From Mustelus asterias (lineage: Eukaryota): 64,000 nt of DNA. The DNA lies in assembly GCF_964213995.1 (NCBI RefSeq), contig NW_027590172.1:868001-932000 (forward strand). Reading direction: 5' to 3'. A program made the position numbers and the translations under genes. The notes below the pieces were generated by a model. That model was not told where the DNA came from, did not search any database, and saw only the letters and a program-made list of their open reading frames with translations. Below, piece by piece: positions 10,865 to 21,039 of this stretch (positions within the stretch are counted from its first letter, which is position 1; each line of letters begins with the position of its first letter).

Positions 10865-12745
10865 GAAAAAGTGTAACCGCTCAGGATCACCGAGTTGAAA
10901 CAATACAGAAACAATTGATAAACACCAAACCATTTCACAAATTTTGAGATGAGATTAGTGATTAATTATCTCTGCATCCAACTACAAATTACTTGGAAGG
11001 AATGCTGCGCCTGCACAGAAACAATGTAATAATCGGGCACAAAAATTGCCAAATAGCGTTTTATTGCCAATTATTCTCCAAAACTCAGATTTAAGTGAAT
11101 GCGAACTTCATCGGGGATATAACAATTAATGCAAAGTATCTTGTTGAACTGAGCGCTGCTGTGGAAACAGCATGTTATCATGGAAATAGTTTCTGGAATT
11201 ATCACAAAATATTTCCAGCCGAGAAACTTTTTTGGTCATGTTAATTGTATGCAAAACACAGCAGAACTATTAAAGCCGATTAACGCGAAATGATATTAAT
11301 AGAAAATAATCTTTTGTGAATATGTAGTTATGTTACCGATTAATAACAGTTTGATTTATATTAATTTTACTATCAAACTTGTTAATGAGAAGTTTGTTTT
11401 TGCAGCAACTACTTAGTGTCCGATTGAGCGTTGTAAGACATGATTTATTTTAATTTCTAAGAGTTAGTTAAAATTTATAAAAATGCTGTAATACCTTTAT
11501 TTTATTTCTTTCACAACCTGCTTATTTTCTCCCTACAAGGATTTTCAAACTCATAGATTATTTGTATTTAACCAGAAAACGTGTAACCGCTCAGTGCCAC
11601 CGAGTTTAAGCAATGCAGAAACACCAAAACATTTCACACATTTTAAACCTTCTTAGTGACCCAACAACAGAACCTCCTCAACAGAAACACACCAAAACAC
11701 ATCAATGAGGGAATGAATCCGTTTCACGGGGACGCAACTCAATTATCCATTCAACAAAATCAAAAATATGATTGCAAGGAAATCTCAATATTCAATCCAG
11801 CAAACCAGCTCGTCACCAAGTATATCAATGATTGAACTAAACAGAAATTTGGAATAAGAGCAATAGCATTGCGAGGAGGTGGAATATGTCCAACAAATTG
11901 ATATTGAAATTTTACCACATTCTATTCATATTGGGTCATATTTCAAACAGATTTCAAACATATTTAAATATTGGGTGGGTAAAAGCTGCAGCCGTCAGAT
12001 GCCACCGAGGTTAAACATGGCATGTATCCCAAATTATGAATGCAGTGGCAAACTATGTTTTGGACGAGTGGCATAAACCATGGTTTGGTTTAACCTGCAA
12101 TTATCAGCTACGATTTAAAAAAATACAAATACAATAAAGCCTGCCTGATTTCTGTCTGCAGGCACGCGTCAAGTAGTTTAAAACCCGCAGACTGTTTGTA
12201 TTCAATCACAGTGTGGAACAGCTCAGTGTCACCGAGTGTAAACAATGCAGAATCTCCGAACCATTTCACAAATTTTACTGATTCAAAGTCACCCAGACAG
12301 ACAACCTCCTCACCAGAAACACGCAGCACTGAGGGACTGAACCCCGGTTCATGCAGAAGCAGCTCAATTCTACAAACAGTTGCAACAGAATCAAATTTCA
12401 CATTGGCAGAAAATCTCAATTTAAAATCCAGCCAATCTAACCATCACCAAAGCAACTAATAATTAAAATGAGCACAACAATGAGATAACAAAACCAGATT
12501 GTGATTAAGCGGAACATGTTTGCAACATTAAAGCAGAAACTTTAACACATTTTGTTAATATTGGGTTAGATTTCAAACACTTGTGCAGTAGATGGTGCAA
12601 CTCGCAGCCACTAGATGTCACCGAGATTAAACATTGAAGAAACGCCGAACTGCTTAACAAAAGGAAGGCATTTAAAGTAACCCAGCCACACAATGTCCTC
12701 AGCAGATACACACCAAATCACAACAAGAGACTGAATCACTCAGTA
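10865..12745 (+). repeat. Degenerate tandem repeat 3' of JH with five copies of a ...CACCGAG..TAAACA core
   Basis: Cores at ~10877, 11587, 11989, 12219 and 12605, with extended similarity (aacctcctca.cagaaacac...aaatctcaat) between the 11580-11820 and 12212-12450 units. Confidence 0.8.
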
Positions 12746-12937
12746 TCACCTTTTGTCAATTAACAGTAGAATTCTATAACCCCCATTTTAAGCAGGATCA
12801 CATGAAACATTGTAAAGATTTTCAGCACAGAATCAACCAAACCACATTACATTGAACGAATGAATTAATAAAATCGAGAAAAAGTATAAAACAAAAACTC
12901 AAATAAAACACTGCCTAAATAAATGCATGGTTCTTAC

Positions 12938-12985
12938 CTGCAGTCACCGTCACCATGGTCCCTTGTCCCCAGTAGCCCATGTCGT
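12938..12985 (-). CDS. IGHJ: JH gene segment (DMGYWGQGTMVTVTA)
   Basis: WGxG motif, donor G|gtaag at 12933-12937, in phase with CH1, preceded by a 23-RSS. Confidence 0.96.
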
Positions 12986-13024
12986 CACAGTGTCACATTC
13001 TCTAGGCTGGGTCATACAATAACC
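12986..13024 (+). promoter_or_regulatory. JH recombination signal sequence (23-bp spacer)
   Basis: CACAGTG (12986-12992), 23 bp, ACAATAACC (13016-13024). Confidence 0.95.
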
Positions 13025-13371
13025 ATCTCTGCACAAAATAGACAGAAATCCATCAGTATTTTAAAAATTCACAAGCCAGAGGGAAAGCAAATTTTCATGA
13101 AATTATTATTGTACTGGTGGATACCGTTCGCTCTACATAAATAACCTGAATGTTTTATATTTCATAGAGGGTCACATGATCAAGTTATTGAAAACACCAA
13201 CTGATAATTAAATAGTTATCATAAATTTTCCATATTAATTCTCGCTATTTGTGTAGGGCTGGGACATAAATAATACAGCACTGTAAATAATGCTGGATTG
13301 GAAAACAGAGCACTGCCCCAGTCTCGGTCAATTAGTGCTGAGGGGTTTTTGTATTGACAGTAGCTGCTGTG

Positions 13372-13384
13372 CCACCCCAGTTAT
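13372..13384 (-). CDS. IGHD: D2 diversity segment, 13 bp (ATAACTGGGGTGG), 12/12 RSS
   Basis: J side: GGTTTTTGT (13344-13352), 12 bp, TGCTGTG (13365-13371). V side: CACAGTG (13385-13391), 12 bp, ACAAATACT (13404-13412). Confidence 0.93.
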
Positions 13385-13750
13385 CACAGTGAGACACAGC
13401 ATGACAAATACTGTGCCCGACTGCTAACTGTTTAATTTCACTGCTGTCTCAAAAATCTGATTCTGCCTCATCCACGAGCGAATGAGTGAGATATTTCAGC
13501 TTGTCCTGGTCATTGTATTTATAAAGGGGATCGGAATGCTTTTAAACTCTCTGTGTAGATTTAGCGGATCGGTAAATATAGATTTTATGGGAAGATTTTT
13601 ATACCTTTTCACAAACTAATATTACTTCCACACATTATTTCACTGAAGCCGCGTTTACTTTGAAAATCCTGCCGTGATACTGATTACCAATTTGAGCAAT
13701 CTCTTTCCATGAGGTTTTTGTATGAGGATGTCGCTGTGCTCAGCACTGTG

Positions 13751-13767
13751 ACCCCCCACTGCTGTAT
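13751..13767 (-). CDS. IGHD: D1 diversity segment, 17 bp (ATACAGCAGTGGGGGGT), 12/22 RSS
   Basis: D2 side: GGTTTTTGT (13713-13721), 22 bp, CACTGTG (13744-13750). V side: CACAGTG (13768-13774), 12 bp, ACAAAAACT (13787-13795). All three reading frames are open. Confidence 0.95.
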
Positions 13768-14166
13768 CACAGTGACAGACACTCGCACAAAAACTGCACT
13801 CACTCTCTGTTCAGTACTGCCGCTCAATATGTACTTCAAATAGACCATTATTTCGATGTAATTTACAATTTATGCAGCAGTTTACAAAACACAATCTAGA
13901 AACACCTCCTCCAAGTCTCAGAAATAATAAAGCGAGAGTTATATCCAGGTGTGTAATTGCAGAAACTGTTAACACTAAATATAAACAGAGTGAAAAGCTC
14001 AGCCCGTTATGTCTGTGTGTTTTCTTGGTTTAATGTTTAATTTTCACTAAGTTAGGTTTGTCAGAAGCAGTTTGTGTTTTGGTTCTGGTCACTGTCGTTA
14101 ATACTACATTTAAAACAAGCACTGACCTTCAGGTTATGATGGAAGTTGTTGAATCCCCTCTCGAGC

Positions 14167-14205
14167 TGTTCTTGTCCGGGTCCAACCCTGGTTCCTCTCG
14201 CTGTG
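14167..14205 (-). promoter_or_regulatory. VH recombination signal sequence (23-bp spacer)
   Basis: On the minus strand: CACAGCG (14205-14199), 23 bp, ACAAGAACA (14175-14167), directly after ...YYCARD. Confidence 0.93.
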
Positions 14206-14510
14206 GTCTCTTGCACAGTAATAGATGGCGGTGTCTTCGGTCTTCAGCCTCGTCATTTCCAAAGAGAAGATGTTGCGTGAAGTGTCTTTGGACGCAGTAA
14301 ATCGATCCTTAATTGCTGGGGCGTAGCCGTTGCTAGATGAAGAGTAGTAGTAAAGCAACCACTCCAGCCCCTGCCCGGGAACCTGTCGGATCCAGTACAT
14401 GTAGTAGCTGCCAAGATCGAAGCCGCTGGTTTTACAGGTCAGTGTCAGGGAGCCTCCGGGACGCCCGGTCTCTGCCTCTGGCTGAGTCAACACAACCTCC
14501 GACTGGACAC
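14206..14510 (-). CDS. IGHV: Functional IgM-type VH exon (L-part2 + V region)
   Basis: (G)VQS|[98 protein letters not shown]. Acceptor ttttacag| at 14511-14512; both Cys and the FR2 Trp intact; no stops. Confidence 0.97.
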
Positions 14511-14634
14511 CTGTAAAAATAGATCAAAGGATTAATTTTGGTGACATGATTGCTGACTCTGGAACATTCCAGAGACAGACTAACATTTTGATACAGTGAC
14601 AGTGAGGAATTGGACAATAAAAAATACTACTTAC

Positions 14635-14680
14635 CGGATAAGAAACTCAACAACAAACTGAGAGAAATCGCCGACCTCAT
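14635..14680 (-). CDS. IGHV: VH leader (signal peptide) exon MRSAISLSLLLSFLS(G)
   Basis: ATG at 14680-14678, 46-nt hydrophobic exon, donor G|gtaag at 14630-14634, phase 1 matching the V exon; 124-bp intron. Confidence 0.93.
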
Positions 14681-14770
14681 CTTTCTGGTGATTTGGGGGA
14701 AATGGTTGTGTCAGGAACTCAGTGAACAAACCAGCTCCCGGACTGTTGGATTCCGGTCCCAGTGAGCGGC

Positions 14771-14845
14771 ATTTAAATACCCGGCAGAAGGGGGCGGCTT
14801 TCCAGGCGCCGCCTGTTGATTCCCTGCTGGAGGCGGCGACTGGAT
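14771..14845 (-). promoter_or_regulatory. VH core promoter: TATA-like TATTTAAAT plus GC-rich element (GC box / CTCF-like motifs); no octamer
   Basis: TATTTAAAT at 14779-14771, ~90 bp upstream of the ATG; CpG-containing GC patch at 14781-14840. I saw no ATGCAAAT/ATTTGCAT in the proximal ~400 bp. Confidence 0.65.
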
Positions 14846-16129
14846 CCAGGTCCCACCTTCCACACCCCAACAGAATGGACTCCCAGATTTACAATAGATT
14901 AATATTAAAATGGACATTTTATCAGCGTCGGGATATTTGTTTGGCTGAATATGTTCAATGTATTGTCTCCATAATTGCTGATGGTGATATTGCAGTTCAT
15001 CATTTCTTTATTTAAAAATCTAATTCCATTGTAAATATGGTGTTTTTATTACCACGCCCCCAAGAAGAACACAAATCTAAAAATGATGAAATAACATTTT
15101 GGGAAAATAAGGAGACCGTCAGTCTGTGTTGCAACAATTCCGGGTCTCTGTCACATTACAAAAATAAAGCATCATTTATCAGAAGAATTGTTGTCGATTT
15201 CTGTAACTGAATGCGGAGTATGAACAAAGTGATTCTATTTACAGTGCGGATGGCTATCACTGGACATTTTGGGTTTGGAGATGAGAAGAAACTCTCACAC
15301 AATACAATGTTTCTCCTTATATTTGTCAAACTGCCCCAATCTCGAAGACAGCCCTTTGAAAATACTGAGAATCCCGCCCTCCTGATAATTAAATAGTGAG
15401 TTGACAGAGAATCATAAATTTAACATCGACTTTTGACAGAGAAGTTAATGAATGAACGGACACGGAGATCATTAAAGTTCTCCTTCAGCATCCAAATCAT
15501 TGCAGCTCACTCTATTGGCCACCGGCTGTCGAACATTCTCTGGTATTGGGAACACAAGATATCAGGTCTTTGCTGCACATTGCACAATATCACAAGAATA
15601 AATGTTTTATCTTCCATTGAATCAGGTTATGACCTGATCATTTCTCCGCTCATTGGCAGCTATGATTGGAACTCTTCAATAATGGATATCTGATTATACT
15701 GTACAATAGAACACGGTGTAAATCAGGTACAAGAGACGCTGCTGTTTAAATAGGGTGCAAAACTTTCAGAATATTCCAGGAATCCCTGTTGTTCATGTCA
15801 GTTTGATGATGTTCTTTTAATATTATTTCGATGCATTTTTGCCATTGCTCTGATCTCAATTGACTGGGGAATTGGAACCATCAACATCTCTCTCGCATTT
15901 CATGAAGTGGTTAATAAACAGACTTTAATTATTGGAATGACATTTACTTGGAAGTTATACAAATGAAAAAACATCTGGTCACTTTACTGTTTTGCGATGC
16001 TATTTACTCACATAATGAACAGGACATTGAATGAAAATATTTGATTAGAATGATTACTATTTAAAATGTGTCTTTCTTGTGGGAATGAAACATTTACTGT
16101 TCAAATGGCTGAATCCCATTTTGTCCATT

Positions 16130-16350
16130 CAGGTTCACGCTAATCTGTCCCACACAGTATTTGGCAGCAATCCAGCCTGCTGTCAAATGCTCAAAGTTAT
16201 TGACAGGAAGCATCTGGGGGTGTTTGTGCAGTAGATCTGCTTCCTCAGTACTGACCGCTTGGCTGCAAGCCAACTTCAAACCCTTCACATTGTCAATGAG
16301 CCCTATTTATAAAGAAATCTACCCAGCAACAGTACTGGAGGCAATTTAAT
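16130..16350. promoter_or_regulatory. Conserved enhancer-like block A (ETS, E-box, NFI, MEF2); paralogs at ~26730-26955 and ~41025-41250
   Basis: ACAGGAAG+CATCTG at 16203-16216, TTGGCTGCAAGCCAA at 16259-16273 and CTATTTATAA at 16303-16312; each is retained exactly in the two paralogous copies. Confidence 0.55.
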
Positions 16351-18817
16351 GTTTTAAGTTGTAAGTCTATATGGATTTTACCCATCTCTCAAGAAAGACA
16401 ATTTATGCAGCTTCTCTGACACCCTGTTAGCAACAATGATGATTTTTCCAGCACATCAGGATATTGTCATGGATGGATCGAAAGAATTACAGGCAGACTG
16501 AGAGATGACTCAGGGAGACGATACATGTTGTAATACATGAACTTGTATGTTTGTGTATTCTTTCCCTATCTCGTTCCATGAGATGTTTGAGTTGGTGGAA
16601 CGACGAGCACATTATGCCTGTCCCAAATGCCCTTGAACTGAATGGTTTTCTATGCCACTTCTGAAGAGTCAGCCATTTTGTGTCCGTCTGGAGTCACATT
16701 CTTGTGAGTCCAGGTAGCGATGGCAGATTTCCCTCATTGGGGGATCAGAGAGGGTTCTATGGTCGCCATTAGAATGTATTCCATATTTATTAATTGAATT
16801 CAAATTCCACCAGCTGCAATGCTCCGATTTAAATCCCTGTCCCTGTCCCATCATTGTCCTGGGCCTCTGGGTCACTGGGCCAATTAAATTAATATTACGT
16901 CACCATCTGCGCAAACAATAAATGAATGACTGTCTTGATGCAGGAATTAATGACAGTTGAATGAATGATAGTTGGATGAATCACAGTTGGATGCCTGAAT
17001 ATTTTGATTGAGGAATCAGTGAATGGATTGATGGATGTGTTGCGAGATGGCATTGAAAAATCCTGTTCTACATTCCCATATTTGTGCTTGATTATTTCAT
17101 AAATTGAATCAGCTCCTTTATTCCATTTGTGTCAGTCTAATACCTTCAACTCTTCCAGAGTCTCTGGGTGAAATCCATCCCGAGTTTATCGGGAGTTAGC
17201 AAGCTAATCCTCACGAAGAGAAGGACGAGATATTCCTGCCGCTCGGATGGTTCATTTCTCTGCTGATGCTGAATCTTCATATCCAAGATAAAAAGAGTGA
17301 ACATGATTAGGTTGAGGAGGGAGGATTGTAATATTTGAAACATGTGGTTCTTTGACGTACAGCAAATCACTCAACATGCCCTCACCTAAATTAGTGAAGG
17401 TAACAGGGTGAAAAGTAAATAAGGTACCAACAGAAATATTGTGAGACTCACTGGACAATAACAATTGTTACATTACTTCCCAAAACTGTGTAATACTGAA
17501 TCGGGATTTAAAGATTCAGTAACTTCATATGAGGTACAGGTAGTTTCATTTATATCATCACTTTGAAAATCATCACACACTCTAGCTATGTATCAGGACA
17601 TTCTGTGTGATGATGAGGTGATTACTTGTCAATGAAGAACAGAGGCTGCTGGGTCGCTGTTCATTATGCACGGTCTGAATTAATTTCATTCCCCACTGAA
17701 TTCTGGGACAGATTATATTCCTTGGTGACAAAAAGGCCAACATGATGCCAATAAATGTTAATATCAATACATCCTACGAAGCAAATTACAATTGTATGTT
17801 GTATAGAATGAAATACTGAAAACAAACAGAAAATGCTGGAAAATCGCAGCAGGTCTGACAGCTTCTGTGGAGACAGAATGGAGCCAACGTTTCGTGTCTG
17901 GATGGCGCTTCGACAGAGTATTCCTGATGCGTTGGAGAGATCATCATTGTTTCTAACAAGGTGTCAGAGAAGCTGCATCACTTTCCTGTGAGATGGGAAT
18001 AGTTTAAGTAGTTACTGTTTAATGATATACACTATGTCGACCCGCACACAAGTTACACCAATTCAGATATCGATCCCAAATATCATATTCAACTTCTCCA
18101 TCCTAACTAACCTAATCAACGCCTCAATCACTAACTATATTCTAAAAAAAACTTCCTAATCCCTATCCAACCGTATCATTTCCCAATTTCATCATCCACT
18201 TCAATTTCCTCCAAATAAAAATTGGTCATCCTGACTCAAAATGTTGGCTCTATTCTCTCTCCCCAGATGCTGTCAGACCTGTTGAGATTTTCCAGAATTT
18301 ATTGTTTTTGTTTCAGTTTCCAGAATCCGTAGTAGTTTGCTTTTATCAAAATGCTGAATATAATTGGTGAAATAATTGTTTATCTGTATGACTTGATGAT
18401 AATTGATGAAATGGAATAACCCCGCCTGGAAATACCGCCCCCCCCCCTCCCCAAGACACTCATCAACCCCACTTGAACATAAGTTACCATTCCTATACTG
18501 TCGCTGGGTCGGAATCCATGAGCACCCTCCCGAACAGCACTATGGGAGTACCTACTCTGCAGGTTTTGCAGCGGTTCAACAAGGCAGGTCACCACCACTT
18601 TACTGAATGCAATTAGCAATGGGGAACAAATGCTGGCCTAGAAAGTGTCGCCCACCTCCCATAAAGTAATGTTAAATATACTAATCTTTATGAATGAATG
18701 AGAACTGGTGAATGCATTTTTAAAAATTGTGAATGGATGGTCGTTGGTGAAAATAATTACTATTCTTCTGAACATTTATGACATTCTCCTTATCTGCTGG
18801 AAGATTTAAGGTTTGAC

Positions 18818-19112
18818 GTTTATTTATTAATGTCACAAGTAGGCTTACATTAACACTTCAATGAAGTTACTGTGAAAATCCCCGAGTCGCCACGTTGCGG
18901 CGTCTGTTCGGGTACACCGAGGGAGAATTTAGCCTGGCCAGTGCACCCTACCTGCATGCATTTTCGGACTGTGGGAGGAGCACCCAGAGGAAATCCACGC
19001 ATACACGGGAAGAATGTGCAGATACCGCACAGACACTGACCCAAGCCGGGAACCAAACCTGTGGCCCTAGCGATGTGAGGCAACAGAGCTAACCACTGTG
19101 CCATCCTGGCAC
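18818..19112 (-). mobile_element. HE1-like SINE (paralog 32272-32570)
   Basis: Reverse-complement A/B-box head and V-domain core. Confidence 0.8.
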
Positions 19113-19149
19113 CCACCATTCCACAAGAGATGCATGATTCAAATTCATC

Positions 19150-19560
19150 ACACTTTTTGCAAAGTAAGCCAATGGAAGAGACTGCTCCAGCTACAGACAT
19201 ATCTCAGTCATGGCATCACGGGAAAGATCTTTGCTAGGGTCACACTTGAAATACATAATCTACTTGCAGACCGGGTGTTCCTGATGTGCAGTGTAGTGAT
19301 TGTGTTGGAAGATTTACTCCAGCCAACAACTTCTCCATGTTCCATATGTCCATATCTTTAACGTACTTTGATCAATCTCGCTAAGACATTCAACGCCGTC
19401 AGCACGGCAAGGACTATAGGATTTTGGTGATAACTGGCTCTACACCAAAGTATCCATTCATGATACAAAAACGATAACACACAATGACAAATGGTAGCTT
19501 AATGGGCAGCACTTGTGGCAGAACTAACCTTTCAAAAATTGTCCTCTTCAATCATCAGAA
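19150..19560 (+). mobile_element. Degenerate RTE-clade LINE RT fragment (paralogs at ~30160-30540, 32590-33020, 46560-46960)
   Basis: ITGKIFARV...LLADRV and a downstream DxxKxFDxVS-like stretch, typical of RTE-type RT; four copies mark the duplications. Confidence 0.6.
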
Positions 19561-19739
19561 AAGGTGACATATGTCAAGGAAGCCAATCTGAATTGGATGT
19601 GTTTATTGTGTGTCCATCATGTAGTGTAAATGGAAGGATGCAAGTGATCATTTTGAAATTAATTTCTGTCAAACATGATATATTTCACAAAACACACGCA
19701 AACCAAGATGCCCAATTTTTGTTCCGCCAGGATCACTCG

Positions 19740-20670
19740 ACTCCAGAAATGATTTAAAATGAGTCCAAATATAGACACAAATTTTAAATTAAAAGGTGAA
19801 GAGAGGTTGCGTGCCCTTGACATCGACGCAACATTTGACCGTTTGTCGCATCAAGGAGCCCGAGCGAAACTGCAGTTAATGGGAATCAGGGGGAAACAGT
19901 CCACTGGCTGGAACACAAAGGAAGATGGTTGTGGTTCTTAATGGTCAGTCCTCTCAGTCACACGGCTTTGCAGGAACTCTTCAGGTTAGTGACAAAGCCC
20001 CAAGCTTCAGCCATCATCAAAGTTCATATGTGGGATGTTCACTGATGATTGAACAAAGTTCAGCACCAGTCCCGACTCCTCAGGTACTGACACAGTCTGT
20101 GTCCATATGAAGCAAGACTTAGAAAACATTCAGTCTTGGGCTATTGAGTGACAAGTAACATTAATGCCACACAAGTGGCAGGCAATGACCCTCTCCAGTA
20201 AGGGAGATTCCAACCATCTCCCCTTGACACTAAGTAGCATTACTAGCGCAGAATCCCTCACTATCAACATCCTGGGCATTATACTTCGTGAAAATCTGAA
20301 CTGGAACAGGCATTTAAATCATGTGGCTACAAGAGCAGGTCAGATGCCAGGAGTTCTTCGGCGAACAGCTCACCTCCTGAATTTCCAAACCCTATCCATC
20401 ATCTACCAGGCAAAAGGCAGGAATATGAACAAAGAACAGTACAGCACATGAACAGGCCCTTCTGCCCACCAAGTCTGTTCCAACATAAATGATTGAATAT
20501 TCTCTACTTGCCTAACTTGTGCCACTCAAAAAGCTCAATGCCATTCTGGAGAAAGTAGCTGTCTCGAAGAACACCCCACCCACCAGCTTCCCAAAGCTTG
20601 CCAACATATTCTCAAAGGAAATTATGATTTGGCAACAAAAGTTGACTGTCAGTGACGTCAGAATCCCATG
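19740..20670 (+). mobile_element. Degenerate LINE (CR1/L2-group) RT and 3' fragment; relatives at 8350-8690, 28430-30000, 33200-34160, 45665-46400, 49340-50890
   Basis: ALDIxxAFDRLWHQGAxAKLQSMGIRG motif in ORFs 19759, 33279 and 49755; shared 3' end ...caagggcaa.tagg.at.ggcaa.aaatg. Confidence 0.7.
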
Positions 20671-21039
20671 AAGTAATGTTAAAAATCTCATATCTCTGCT
20701 TATATTCAACTCACCTCTGACTCTGTCCGTGTTACACTAGGTTCTGCCTGGATCACATTCCAAGAGGTCCTATCTACGTTTTTTTGCTGCACTCGGCTCA
20801 ATATCAGCTGTTCATGTACAGGCCCTGTTAATATTATAATTTCTAAGTTACGGTTGCACTTAGCCATGTCTCTGCTAATCTGACAAGAGGCCGTGTCTTA
20901 ATTCTTACTGCCTCAGAACATTTATCTCTGTGTACTAAACTGGAAATACTGTCTTCATGCATTACCCATGGTTCTGTCACAGTTATTTTGCGAGTCGTTC
21001 ATTAGATTTTAATAATCCAAGTCCTTTTTAAGTTAATGC

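Noticed and set aside
13250-13275. tagggctgggacataaataa resembles the JH RSS spacer/nonamer (taggctgggtcatacaataa)
   Set aside because: No heptamer at the right distance and no WGxG coding sequence; at most a relic or chance match.
551-14680. IgW, IgNAR or TCR-delta identity for the cluster
   Set aside because: CH1/CH2 motifs are IgM-type, V has a full CDR2/FR2 (unlike VNAR), and J is WGQG with two D segments.
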